IMG/VR virus record: IMGVR_UViG_3300025168_000047
Span: 1-64,000 of that record
Reading direction: 5' to 3' (one strand)
DNA: 64,000 nt
DNA from: a virus
The notes below the pieces were generated by a model, which was given only the letters and a program-made list of their open reading frames with translations, was not told the DNA's origin and did no database searches. Each line of letters starts with the position of its first letter. Within the stretch, counting starts at the first letter, position 1. The translations under genes and the position numbers were made by a program. Below, piece after piece: positions 39,801 through 49,108 of this stretch.

Positions 39801-40777
39801 AACAAGGAATAGGTAAGCAGTTAGCTGTGCCACAGCCTATCTTCCCAGAAGATGCCGGCCTGTTCTATAAACAGTATGAGGCACAATACCCATCTTTGAC
39901 CGATTCTCCGGCAGCAGTATATCTAGCTGGCGGATTGGCAGCATTGTCCGGCCAACAGGTGCCATCTGATGTTAGTGTTATCGAAACGATTCGCGACATC
40001 TTTACAGAGAAGCCAATAGAATATAGTAACGACGATCCTCCAGCCACTTATCAAATTTTTAGATTGGAGTCTGCGCCCACTTCTTATTTAGATTTCGCAA
40101 ACGGCGATTATTTAGAAATTGAGTCTAATGGAGTAACATCTGTCTCATTCAGGCCCGGAGAGATGGGAAGAATCCGTCCAAATAAGAAATATTACTACAC
40201 TTTTAGAACATTAGATATTCATGGCCAAATTTCAAACCCAACTCAGATCTATGAAGTTCTGTTAGTAGATGACTCCGGAGCCGTTTATTTAGATGTAAGA
40301 GGTTATGAATTTCCGAAAGCTGAAAGAAACTATAAAAAAGGCTTGAAGAGATTCTTGAGCGTTGCGCCAACTATGGAGCAGACTGCTTGGACTCCAAAAA
40401 CAAATTCAGACGGAGAAATTGAAAGATACCAAAGCAAAGATGTAAAGATTGGTAGAGAAGAGGGTTCCTTATTCGACAGCGGAAAGAAATATAAAATAAG
40501 AGTGACGTCAAAGAAAACTGGCCGAAAGATAGATTTCAACTTAAAGTTCATAACATCAAGCAAGATGACACCAGAAGAAATCGAAGCGTTCTGGAAACAA
40601 CCTCTTTCAGGAATTGAAGCAGCTAAACAAGCTTTGGAAGACTCGGTAGAAAATGTACAGGCGGCAACTGAAGGGATTCAAAATGTAATATCAAATGCAG
40701 CCGCCTCATTGGGCCTTCCTCCTCTTGGCGGAAGCTCTGGAAACGGTGGTGGAGGTTCCACCGGTGGAAATTATTAA
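36887..40777 (+). CDS. Large virion protein with fibronectin-III-like C-terminal domains
   Basis: FVDTQVKYNKGYKYKIYAY and IRPNKKYYYTFRTLDIHGQISNP are Fn3-like; Pro/Gly-rich N-terminus; GGNY end. Confidence 0.55.
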   Translation: MVNNKFGPPGPPNQPPPPQGGTSNIETDPDAQGVPQMGQPGGTENDPSNTNPNASAAGSTDETGGKAAGKTTGLTFPPGNGSTYTNDNISNAESPLQKHSDKIPGGFKESAKEMVAKELQQMQEVELKWAELQSVNLGEIQPQNYKACGGYIGKEVFYGFPPRAFLGKAVPGLGMQEMWAELTTQKTDPNSDVIRESLGKIWTPFAPIDAVEEEVSNLEDRIVYAQHPKGKAAEFITAANSDEIFNYSFPKEIIEGGIPYGDATQTTYFVPQKNNLDSAKNFSFIDKTGRLVNKETIVLWTTKNPSQVDRTQLGLDAFSNFEFKPMVEKIMTDQSTGWRARKKQDHFFLYTKPYETGDPKAPNINNHLHVNQKSNYNFYLKGFEEAIQSEAVAESILPSLLVTGIEEAMPSTEDILVQGQFGNLVNYNHDLVSDTHDFVTMGGLVEDVFIDVLDKDESKKAYSNVSNSKTELDRGQYFVKWTDALKLKSGNSKRTELSNKYSTQIILQGGNYFMNDFVTRKTQFPMNNTLSIACPQSPANLASPCPDGAFTKLVDLLDFYDLRYPVFKTISQVANGGQPPIEDATIGNFVESSRFDMYNYTAKQRLTGPEVGGLTQPFVTYPAINFYSSYVPSGVKDFAGEIYPHDWIDMFAQKGSSLFNSTEGLVASPTNSDITFGYSFTKDNYAPTSVNRIARVTKVKEALNDMLAEKTRSYREILEGKVACTEYVGFRVEKIGITENAEGEEAETVLQNYLLPYPKETVLEFVDTQVKYNKGYKYKIYAYLAIFGTEYEYHFPQAAAVPFEGLDEEDKLDYWSDKISHEPSPDEYEDEEVDNAEFEGLSEAYGGGDFTPGAIGAKVMGAMNNLNDAMQEMQNAANNVDKLEQTQNQAAPPLPMSSKGLTQIKQPVRMNQGGDNVYALFLDVISRPSLKIVEIPYYDTPVLRVMDRPPIAPNVEIIPYRGKNDNYLINLEQGIGKQLAVPQPIFPEDAGLFYKQYEAQYPSLTDSPAAVYLAGGLAALSGQQVPSDVSVIETIRDIFTEKPIEYSNDDPPATYQIFRLESAPTSYLDFANGDYLEIESNGVTSVSFRPGEMGRIRPNKKYYYTFRTLDIHGQISNPTQIYEVLLVDDSGAVYLDVRGYEFPKAERNYKKGLKRFLSVAPTMEQTAWTPKTNSDGEIERYQSKDVKIGREEGSLFDSGKKYKIRVTSKKTGRKIDFNLKFITSSKMTPEEIEAFWKQPLSGIEAAKQALEDSVENVQAATEGIQNVISNAAASLGLPPLGGSSGNGGGGSTGGNY

Positions 40778-40814
40778 TATGAATGTGAATAAAAAGCATA
40801 TTCCATTACAGCAA

Positions 40815-40858
40815 ACTACTTATTTTGTGTTAAAGTAAGGAAATTATAGCACTATTTA
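40815..40858 (+). promoter_or_regulatory. Two candidate late promoters (ACTACTTA 40815-40822; ACTATTTA 40851-40858)
   Basis: Both in the 100-nt intergenic gap before ORF 40878. Confidence 0.55.
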
Positions 40859-40877
40859 GATAAACGGAGATTTAACT

Positions 40878-41864
40878 ATGGGATTTTTGGATAACAGCGG
40901 CGATATTATTTTAGATGCCGTGTTAACTGACACAGGAAGAATGAGATTGGCAAGAGGCGATGGCTCTTTTAAAATTGTCAAGTTCGCTCTTAGCGATGAT
41001 GAAATCAACTACGAACTTTATAGAAACAGTAACCATGCAAATGGTGCTCACCCTAGCGGTTCTGCTTACTACGACTTGGATATTTTGCAAACTCCTGTTT
41101 TAGAAGCTTTCACGAACAATACATCGTTAATGAAGTCCAAGCTCGTTTCAATCCCCAGAACAAATCTTTTGTATCTTCCGATCCTAAAGCTTAATGAAAC
41201 TCGCGGTGACCTCACTAGAAATGCTACTGCTGCACAAGCAAACGGATTTTTTGTGATCGCAGTAGACTCAGATACAACCCGAGCCCACGACGCTAGCACA
41301 AACGCTGGTCTTTTTGAGACCACAAACGGTACCATCAACGGTATCACCGGCGACGGTGCGATTATTAGAGTTGATCAAGGTTTGGACACTGCAGATATTT
41401 CTCCACGTCGCGATCTAGATGCAGACTTAGTTGAGACACAATTTATTATTGAGATGGATAACAGACTAGGTTCTCTTGTTCCTTCTTCAGCAACATCTCG
41501 ACGAGCCGCAGCGCCCGCAACACCAGCATTTATCGATGACGATAACATTGCTGCATATAATCTTTCTCTTAGAACCGATACTGCTTTCGTGACTAGAAAC
41601 ACAAGCAAGGAAACAAAAGGCTCTGGAACACCAGAGACTCTAGAGGGTCCAAGAGGAACAACTTTCCAATTCAAAATCAAATCTTCAGTACAACTGCAAG
41701 ATGGAAACAAACTGTTCGAGAAAATTGGTGTAATGAATGCGTCTTGGACGCCTACCGGCGTAGCAGCTATGACTGTTCACTACATTGATACAATAGTACG
41801 TGTATCCGGCGGAACAACAGGATATAGAATCGACATTCCAGTTAGATTTATTAAAAAGGCATAA
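40878..41864 (+). CDS. Tail/baseplate structural protein
   Basis: DAVLTDTGRMRLARG...FALSDDEINY resembles tail-collar-type N-termini; GGAG upstream. Confidence 0.6.
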   Translation: MGFLDNSGDIILDAVLTDTGRMRLARGDGSFKIVKFALSDDEINYELYRNSNHANGAHPSGSAYYDLDILQTPVLEAFTNNTSLMKSKLVSIPRTNLLYLPILKLNETRGDLTRNATAAQANGFFVIAVDSDTTRAHDASTNAGLFETTNGTINGITGDGAIIRVDQGLDTADISPRRDLDADLVETQFIIEMDNRLGSLVPSSATSRRAAAPATPAFIDDDNIAAYNLSLRTDTAFVTRNTSKETKGSGTPETLEGPRGTTFQFKIKSSVQLQDGNKLFEKIGVMNASWTPTGVAAMTVHYIDTIVRVSGGTTGYRIDIPVRFIKKA

Positions 41865-41876
41865 TAGGTAAAAAAC

Positions 41877-43001
41877 ATGGCAACACAATTTAAAGCAATT
41901 GGCAATAATGATGTAACTAAGACGAAAACGCTTATTCATGAAGCGATTCCTCTTACAGGAACATTAGTTTCGGGAACTTATGGCAAAGCGCCATATGCAG
42001 GCTTAGGTAGCGAAAGAAACATTAAGAACTTTTCCCATGGAATGTTCCAATCTGTTTTTGACTATCCACACCTTAGCTCTTCCGCTAATCATCTTTTCGA
42101 CGTTACATTTGGTTACAACACTAATTCACCAATGTCGGGAACATCGGCGAGAGTTCAACAAGAGAAAAAGATTAACATCTACAATCAGATGGCTCAGGTT
42201 CTCATGGGACACGACATTACTGGTGGGATTAAAAACTTTACTTGGGGGCCAAATGGTAAAGAAATGAACTCTTGTTTCTTTGTCAACTTCTCCCGCTTGT
42301 TAACAAAAGACGAGATTAAAAAAGGTTCCTTCGAAATGCTTATTGGTACAGGTTCTGCTGCTGAGCCGTTTGGTGATACCACCACTGGTGCCGGCGGCCT
42401 AGGCTTCACTGTTGTTAAGCGACCAGCTTCTGCAGCAGGTATTGACAGCTTTTACACAGATTCTCCAGCCGGAGAGTATGCGTTACTGTCTTCATCAAAA
42501 AACCAAAATGCTGGATTACTTTTTTATCAAGCAGGGATCGCAGTTCTTACATCTTCTCTTTTGATCGCTCAATCGGGAAATGCAAACTTCACCCCAGCCG
42601 CAGCAGGAATCCTTCAGCTTTCCGGTGCAGCTTGGAACACCACCGTAGGCGGTGCTGAAATGATTCAGGCAATTATGACCGGATCTTCGATTACAGCTTC
42701 CTGTAATGAGTTCCGACACCGTTTGAAGAATGTTAAGTTCAACAACACAACCGAACTGCACTCTACAATATACTATATCCGTGCTCACCACAACGAGTTC
42801 AACTATAGTGGAAATCCAACATACCTTTCTGGATCTAAGATTCGTGTGAAAACTTCAACGACAGAAGAACCAGTATCGTATATCACAACTGTTGGTATGT
42901 ATTCTGCAGATAATGAGCTTATGGCTGTTGCAAAACTTTCTGAGCCGATTAAGAAGACACCAAACACGGATCTAACGTTACGTGTTAGACTGGACTATTA
43001 G
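41877..43001 (+). CDS. Tail/baseplate structural protein (paralogue of 43028)
   Basis: C-terminal YITTVGMYSADNELMAVAKLSEPIKK...LRVRLDY and internal EIKKGSF, both shared with the next ORF. Confidence 0.65.
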   Translation: MATQFKAIGNNDVTKTKTLIHEAIPLTGTLVSGTYGKAPYAGLGSERNIKNFSHGMFQSVFDYPHLSSSANHLFDVTFGYNTNSPMSGTSARVQQEKKINIYNQMAQVLMGHDITGGIKNFTWGPNGKEMNSCFFVNFSRLLTKDEIKKGSFEMLIGTGSAAEPFGDTTTGAGGLGFTVVKRPASAAGIDSFYTDSPAGEYALLSSSKNQNAGLLFYQAGIAVLTSSLLIAQSGNANFTPAAAGILQLSGAAWNTTVGGAEMIQAIMTGSSITASCNEFRHRLKNVKFNNTTELHSTIYYIRAHHNEFNYSGNPTYLSGSKIRVKTSTTEEPVSYITTVGMYSADNELMAVAKLSEPIKKTPNTDLTLRVRLDY

Positions 43002-43017
43002 AGGCATACTCCTCTAA
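42998..43017 (+). promoter_or_regulatory. Short hairpin between stop codon and downstream RBS
   Basis: TTAGAGG-catact-CCTCTAA perfect 7-bp stem, directly before GGGAG of ORF 43028. Confidence 0.35.
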
Positions 43018-43027
43018 GGGAGATAAT

Positions 43028-44482
43028 ATGCCTTATTATAGATTTAAAGAAACAGACATTTTCCACAACGTACTTAAGACACATCCAAAAACTGTGTTTT
43101 CGATATACGGAGGAAGAGTCTTTTACAATAACTCTTATGTCGAATCGGGCTCTTTCACAGGTTCAGTTGCTGCTCCAACTGGAACGGTTAGTTTGTTTGA
43201 GCAGAACGTTGATAGAACAAAGGTTAACACTTCTGCACCAGATTTTCCGGGGACAGTCAATTATCGTAGACTGAATGGCCAAGGTGCCGGCCCAGATTAC
43301 ATTTTTCCGTTTGTTTCAAAAACAGGCGAGATGACAACATTCAAGACGATTAGCACAGGTTCGTTTAATGAAGCTCTGTATGGAGATCGACTTTATGGCC
43401 CAGCTATGCTAACAGCTAGCATTTCTAGAGAATACTTCTCACAAGACACAAGATGGGGACATGGTGCGCTTTATTCCGAGACTATACACTCAGAAGCTTC
43501 AGGATCTGCTCCAAATCGTTTTACTATTGAAAATGTGTCGCCAGATAACTACCCAAAAGTTAAAAACAAGACTGTCGATATCTCAGTATCTTCGTCACAT
43601 TTGGATGCTTTAAGAAATACATTTGATTATTATACTTATCTTAGTCCACACTTTGCTTATTCTGCCTCACATGCAGCTTGGAATTTTGGAACTTATGACA
43701 AGGGTCATCAAGAATTAAACCTGATTAGTGTTCCTTCTATCTTTTTTGGATCATCAATTAAAAAGGGAAGCGTGCATTTAAAGTGGTACGTCAGTGGAAC
43801 GCTGATGGCAGAGTGTCATGACCGTGAACAAAACGGAGAGCTTATTCAAGTCAGTGGCTCAGGCTCCCCAGCAGGCTACGATTCGGCAACTGGAAGTGTT
43901 GCAGGAGTTGTGTTATATAATGAGGGTTTCATGGCTCTAACGGGCACATGGTCGCTTAATGACGACTATACAGACAAGTTTCGTCACGCTGCTGGAACAC
44001 CAAAGTCAGCAGAGTCTCCAAGATGGACTTATTTTGGTGTCGGAGCTAACGATAACTCCGGCTCTGTTGTTCATTCAGTATCCCACAATGTATCTTCGAG
44101 TTTCGTAATTGAGTTTGAAGGAACTCAAAATGTACCAGTGATGACTCTTATGGCTCACGCACCAAAACGTGATTTAAATCATTCAAACAATCCAACTTTT
44201 ATTAGTGGAAACTTAAATGCAAATAGAAAATTATCTAAAGGCTCTGCACTTCCTTTCTTAACAAGCTCGATACAATATAAAGAAGACGACTTAACTCAAA
44301 TTAGAAACGTGGTTAGTAGTTCATTTAAAGATCACACCGGAAGTTTTGACAAAACTACGTATATTTCTCAGGTAGGAATATATGATGAAAGCCGAAACTT
44401 AATTGGTATCGCAAAACTGGCCAATCCAATCAAAAAAACTGAACAAAGAGAATATACATTTAAACTTAAGCTCGATATCTGA
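43028..44482 (+). CDS. Tail/baseplate structural protein (paralogue of 41877)
   Basis: SIKKGSV, NHSNNPTF, YISQVGIYDESRNLIGIAKLANPIKK...FKLKLDI; very dense S/T-G-S motifs. Confidence 0.65.
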   Translation: MPYYRFKETDIFHNVLKTHPKTVFSIYGGRVFYNNSYVESGSFTGSVAAPTGTVSLFEQNVDRTKVNTSAPDFPGTVNYRRLNGQGAGPDYIFPFVSKTGEMTTFKTISTGSFNEALYGDRLYGPAMLTASISREYFSQDTRWGHGALYSETIHSEASGSAPNRFTIENVSPDNYPKVKNKTVDISVSSSHLDALRNTFDYYTYLSPHFAYSASHAAWNFGTYDKGHQELNLISVPSIFFGSSIKKGSVHLKWYVSGTLMAECHDREQNGELIQVSGSGSPAGYDSATGSVAGVVLYNEGFMALTGTWSLNDDYTDKFRHAAGTPKSAESPRWTYFGVGANDNSGSVVHSVSHNVSSSFVIEFEGTQNVPVMTLMAHAPKRDLNHSNNPTFISGNLNANRKLSKGSALPFLTSSIQYKEDDLTQIRNVVSSSFKDHTGSFDKTTYISQVGIYDESRNLIGIAKLANPIKKTEQREYTFKLKLDI

Positions 44483-44488
44483 TATAAT
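44459..44488 (+). promoter_or_regulatory. Sigma70-type promoter with extended -10
   Basis: TTTAAA (44459-44464), 18-nt spacer, TGaTATAAT ending at 44488; ATG at 44496. Confidence 0.55.
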
Positions 44489-44495
44489 AGTATAT

Positions 44496-45026
44496 ATGAT
44501 TTTAGGTTTAGATGTATCCACTTCGATCACAGGCGCTACCGTTTTAGATGATAACGGAGAGATTATTTATTGTGAAGCATGGGACTTCCGCAATAAGAGA
44601 AAGTATCCAACACTTTTTCAAAAAGCTCAACAATTTCAAAGAGAACTTGAAAACTTACATCAGATTAAGCGATTCAAGATTGACGAGGTTTTCATTGAAC
44701 AATCCTTGCAAGCATTCCGCCCCGGATTCTCTTCTGCAAAAACTATCTTGACTTTAGCTAAATTTAATGGTATAGTATCTTATATCTGTGAAAAATGCTA
44801 TCTTAAGCCTCCTGAATTTATTGGTGCTTCCACTGCAAGAAAGATTTGTGGGATAAAAGTAGAGAAAGGAAAAAAGGCAAAAGAAGTAGTTTTAAATTTT
44901 TTACTTGACAAAGAGGATTCTTTTAATATAGAATATACAAAGCACGGTAACCCTACACCGGGATCTTATGATCGTGCAGATTCTTATATTATAGCGAAAG
45001 CAGGATGGATAAACTTAAAATCTTAA
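44496..45026 (+). CDS. ruvC: RuvC-like Holliday junction resolvase
   Basis: MILGLDVSTSITG, VFIEQ, AKFNGIV, ARK, DRADS acidic catalytic residues. Confidence 0.82.
   Translation: MILGLDVSTSITGATVLDDNGEIIYCEAWDFRNKRKYPTLFQKAQQFQRELENLHQIKRFKIDEVFIEQSLQAFRPGFSSAKTILTLAKFNGIVSYICEKCYLKPPEFIGASTARKICGIKVEKGKKAKEVVLNFLLDKEDSFNIEYTKHGNPTPGSYDRADSYIIAKAGWINLKS
44905..44934 (+). promoter_or_regulatory. Sigma70-type promoter upstream of primase
   Basis: TTGACA (44905-44910), 18 nt, TAGAAT (44929-44934), inside the RuvC-like gene. Confidence 0.5.
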
Positions 45027-45937
45027 AAAACATATTGGGTAAGACCTACAATTCCGGAGACGAAAATCTTTATTCGTGTCCTTATTGTAAGCACCATAAA
45101 AAGAAGCTTTCTGTCAATGTTGACAAAGACTTCTTTAAGTGTTGGGTTTGCGACATGAGCGGGAGAACTGTGCGTCGTTTGGTTCGCCGGTTTGGTACGT
45201 TTCAACAGTTGCAGGAGTGGGATAAATTAAGTGGTAAAACAGACATATCGACTTTTGATGAGATCTTCGATTTTAAATACACTCCAGATCCCTTACAAAG
45301 AATATCAATTCCAGATGAATTCGTAACTTTAACTGGCAAAAGCCAGCCCACATCCTCAACGCACGCTATGAAATACTTGGAGAATAGAGGAATCACCTCT
45401 AATGACATGTTACGTTGGAAAATGGGGTATTGTGTCAGAGGACAATATGAGGGCCGTATTGTTATACCATCGTTTGATGAAGAAGGGTATATAAATTATT
45501 TTGTAGCTAGAGCTTATGACAGTAATTGGCGCAAGTACATGAACCCATCTCTTTCAAAAGATATCGTTTTCAACCAGTTATATGTTGATTGGGACTCTGA
45601 TATAGTATTGGTAGAGGGCGTATTCGATGCAATCAAAGCAGGAACCAACTCTATTCCGCTTTTGGGTTCAACATTAAGAGAAAACTCAAAGCTTTTCCAA
45701 GAAATAGTCAAAAATGACTCATCAGTATATCTAGCTTTAGATCCAGATGCAGAAAAGAAGACTTTAAGAATGATAAAGATCTTGTTGAGTTACGGCATAG
45801 AAACATATAAAATAGACATATCCGGCTACGAAGATGTCGGAGAGATGTCAAAAGAGGAGTTCTCGGTCAGAAAATCACAGGCCAAGACAATCAATCCAGA
45901 AATGTTCTCAATGGAACAGGCGCTAAATACATTATAG
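45005..45937 (+). CDS. DNA primase (zinc finger + TOPRIM)
   Basis: CPYC..H...CWVC zinc finger, YLENRGI, RIVIP, KYMNP, VEGVFDA, LALDPDA, DVGEM. Confidence 0.88.
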   Translation: MDKLKILKNILGKTYNSGDENLYSCPYCKHHKKKLSVNVDKDFFKCWVCDMSGRTVRRLVRRFGTFQQLQEWDKLSGKTDISTFDEIFDFKYTPDPLQRISIPDEFVTLTGKSQPTSSTHAMKYLENRGITSNDMLRWKMGYCVRGQYEGRIVIPSFDEEGYINYFVARAYDSNWRKYMNPSLSKDIVFNQLYVDWDSDIVLVEGVFDAIKAGTNSIPLLGSTLRENSKLFQEIVKNDSSVYLALDPDAEKKTLRMIKILLSYGIETYKIDISGYEDVGEMSKEEFSVRKSQAKTINPEMFSMEQALNTL

Positions 45938-45946
45938 AGGTTTAAT

Positions 45947-48900
45947 TTGAAGTTCGCACACATAGCGGATACACATATCCGCAATTTAAAATACCATTTT
46001 GAGTACCGAGCGGTATTCGAGAAGATGTACGAGGAGTTACGTAAAGAAAACGTAGACTGTATTGTACATTGCGGTGATCTTGCTCATACAAAGACTCAGC
46101 TAAGTCCTGAGTATTTTGAAATGGCAACTAACTTTTTGAGGTCACTTGCTGATATTGCACCAACTTACATCATTCCCGGAAACCACGACGGGAATCTCAA
46201 GAATAGTAATCGCCAAGATGCGATCACGCCAATCATTGACGCACTGGAACACCCAAATTTACACCTTCTTAAAGATTCTGGTGAAGTCTCGTTAAACGAC
46301 GACTTTACTTTGAATGTCCTTTCTGTTTTCGACGAAGATAATTGGACAAAACCAAGTGATGACAGCAAAATTAATATTGCTTTATATCACGGCTCTATCA
46401 GTGGCTGCAAAACTGATCTTAACTGGACAATGGAGTATGGAGAAAATGACATTACAATTTTTGAAGGACACGATTTTGCCCTTCTTGGAGACATTCATAA
46501 AACTGATCAAGTCCTTGATCAGGACGGTCGCATCAGATATTGCGGTTCGACTGTTCAGCAAAATCATGGAGAGACTAACGATAAAGGCTTTCTCGTCTGG
46601 GACATAGAAAATAAAGATAAGTTCTCAGTTAAACACGTTGTGTTAGAGAATCCAAAACCCTTTATTACAATCAACTTAACCCCGAAGGGTCGTTTGCCTA
46701 AAAAGCTTAACGTACCATCGGGATCTCGCATTCGCGTTGCTGCTAACAACAACATCCCACTTGATGTTTTACGGAAAGCTATGGATGTGGCAAAAACAAG
46801 ATTCAAACCAGAATCGCTTACGTTTTTAAATCGCGCAGCCGGAGATCGAGGAAGTGTTGAGAGCTTGACAGAAGCATTGAAGAAGGAAGACCTTCGCGAT
46901 GTAGCAATTCAAGAAAAGTTTATTAAAGAGTATCTCAAAGATTATGAACCAGAAGTAGAGGTTCTTGAGCGTGTCTTTGATTTCAATGGACAATATAATA
47001 CGCTCGCTGTACAAGAAGAGGAGGTCGCACGTCATGTTGAGTGGAAACTCGAATCTATGGAATGGGACAATCTTTTCAACTACGGCGAGGGTAACAAAAT
47101 AGACTTTACAAAGTTGAACGGTATCGTCGGCATCTTTGGAAAGAACTATTCTGGTAAATCCAGTATTGTTGACTCCCTCTTGTTTGCTTTATATAACTCT
47201 ACTTCCAAGAGAAATAGAAAGAACTTACATATTATTAATCAAACAAAAGAAGAGTGTGCAGGAAAACTAAACATTCGAGTTGGAAATAAAATATATACAA
47301 TTCAGCGATTAGCTGAGAAGTATGAAAAGCGTCTTCACGGAAAGACAACCATGGAAGCTAAGACCGATATTGAATTCAGCACATCAGATGAAGTAACCGG
47401 AGAAGAAGTAAGCTTAAACGGATTAACTAGAAATGACACAGACAAGAACATTCGTAAGATTTTTGGAACAATGGACGACTTTCTTTTGACTTCAATGTCT
47501 TCACAAATCGATTCATTGGCCTTCATTAAAGAAGGTTCAACAAAGCGAAAAGAGATACTTGCGAAGTTTCTTGACTTAGAAATCTTTGAAAAGAAGTACA
47601 GAATGGCCAAAGACGACGTAGCAGACCTCAGAGGGGCTCTAAAACGCCTTGAGGAGCGCGATTTCGACACAGAGGTAACAGAAGCCGAAGAAGAGCTTTC
47701 GGCCAATACAGCGGCAACCAAGAAGCATAAGAAGACTTGCGAAGTTGTCAAGCTTGAACTGTCTGAGCTTAAAGATGACCTTACGGAGATCCAAACAGCA
47801 ATAAATGCAACGCCCGCACAGATTATCAATATTGAAAAAATAACTAAAAACTTAGAAGACAAAAAACAGGACTTTATTAATTGCGGAGAATCTATTTTAG
47901 ATCACAAAGCTGCGATTAAACAAAAGCAAGCAATTCTTGGAAAGATAGTGGAGTTTTTACACGGCTTCGACATCACAAGTTTGATGAACAAAAGAGAGGT
48001 TATCGTTTCAAAAAGACGAGAGCTTGAATCGATTATGAATGAAATCAATCTTGAGCAAACAAAACTAAAAAGCAACAGAAAAAAGCTTCAACTTTTAGAA
48101 GAAGTACCTTGTGGTTCTGAATTTTCTCATTGCAAATTTATTCACGATGCTTATGTTGCTAGAGACAAGGTTGATGTCATCGGAGATCTTATCGATGAGT
48201 TAAAAGAAAAAGATGAAGTCATCGAAGGCGAGATAGAGAAGTTAGATCCAGACAAAGTAGAAGAGCACATTGCAAACTACAATCAAGTTCTTAATAGACA
48301 GACAAATTTGAATGGACTTATTTCAAAGCTAGCGATGTCGATTGAGCAGAACAGGACTCACCAGAAACTGTTAAAGCACGAGATCGAAGCTTTAGAAGAA
48401 CAAGTCGAAGAATATAACGACAACAAAGAGATGATAGAGAACTTAGAAAACCTTCTAATCTCCAAAGAAAAGATGGAAGAAGAGATCTCAGAAAAAAACG
48501 ATGTATTAGAAGAATGTGAGAATAACTTGTTAACTCTTTATAAAACAAACGGATCATTAGAGCAGCAGTTAGAAAACTTACAAGAATCCAAAAACGAGCT
48601 AGCTCAGCTTCGTGAGGGTTATGCCGCATACGATTTGTTTATGAAGTGCATGCATCCAAATGGAATTCCATACGACATTATTAAAAGAAGGTTACCTCTT
48701 ATTAACGAAGAGGTTGCAAAGATTCTAACAAATGTTGTCGACTTTGAAGTCTTCTTTGAGGCCGATGGCAACAAACTTGAGATCTTTATTAAGCATCCTC
48801 GTTACGATGCTCGACCAATCGAATTAGGTTCAGGGGCAGAAAAGACAATTGCTGCTATGGCAATACGTTTAGCTCTTCTTGGAGTATCTAGTTTGCCTAA

Positions 48901-49099
48901 GCCAGACATCTTTGTTTTGGACGAACCCGGAACGGCTCTTGATGAAGATAACATGGAGGGCTTTATAAAAATTCTAGATATGGTAAAATCATCATTTAAG
49001 ACCGTACTACTTATATCACACTTAGACTCATTAAAAGACTGCGTTGATACAACAATCGACATAGAAAGACAAGATGGGTTTGCTTACATAAACCAATAG
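45947..49099 (+). CDS. Fused Mre11/SbcD nuclease and Rad50/SbcC ATPase (T4 gp47+gp46-like)
   Basis: DTH, CGDL, GNHD, YHG, GDIH phosphoesterase motifs, then Walker A GKNYSGKS, coiled coil, signature GSGAE, Walker B VLDE and ISH in one ORF; TTG start with GAGG upstream. Confidence 0.9.
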   Translation: MKFAHIADTHIRNLKYHFEYRAVFEKMYEELRKENVDCIVHCGDLAHTKTQLSPEYFEMATNFLRSLADIAPTYIIPGNHDGNLKNSNRQDAITPIIDALEHPNLHLLKDSGEVSLNDDFTLNVLSVFDEDNWTKPSDDSKINIALYHGSISGCKTDLNWTMEYGENDITIFEGHDFALLGDIHKTDQVLDQDGRIRYCGSTVQQNHGETNDKGFLVWDIENKDKFSVKHVVLENPKPFITINLTPKGRLPKKLNVPSGSRIRVAANNNIPLDVLRKAMDVAKTRFKPESLTFLNRAAGDRGSVESLTEALKKEDLRDVAIQEKFIKEYLKDYEPEVEVLERVFDFNGQYNTLAVQEEEVARHVEWKLESMEWDNLFNYGEGNKIDFTKLNGIVGIFGKNYSGKSSIVDSLLFALYNSTSKRNRKNLHIINQTKEECAGKLNIRVGNKIYTIQRLAEKYEKRLHGKTTMEAKTDIEFSTSDEVTGEEVSLNGLTRNDTDKNIRKIFGTMDDFLLTSMSSQIDSLAFIKEGSTKRKEILAKFLDLEIFEKKYRMAKDDVADLRGALKRLEERDFDTEVTEAEEELSANTAATKKHKKTCEVVKLELSELKDDLTEIQTAINATPAQIINIEKITKNLEDKKQDFINCGESILDHKAAIKQKQAILGKIVEFLHGFDITSLMNKREVIVSKRRELESIMNEINLEQTKLKSNRKKLQLLEEVPCGSEFSHCKFIHDAYVARDKVDVIGDLIDELKEKDEVIEGEIEKLDPDKVEEHIANYNQVLNRQTNLNGLISKLAMSIEQNRTHQKLLKHEIEALEEQVEEYNDNKEMIENLENLLISKEKMEEEISEKNDVLEECENNLLTLYKTNGSLEQQLENLQESKNELAQLREGYAAYDLFMKCMHPNGIPYDIIKRRLPLINEEVAKILTNVVDFEVFFEADGNKLEIFIKHPRYDARPIELGSGAEKTIAAMAIRLALLGVSSLPKPDIFVLDEPGTALDEDNMEGFIKILDMVKSSFKTVLLISHLDSLKDCVDTTIDIERQDGFAYINQ

Positions 49100-49108
49100 G
49101 AGAAAACT

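Noticed and set aside
40779-40806. Possible terminator hairpin after ORF 36887
   Set aside because: Only a weak AT-rich 7-bp stem with a 9-nt loop and no adjacent U-tract.
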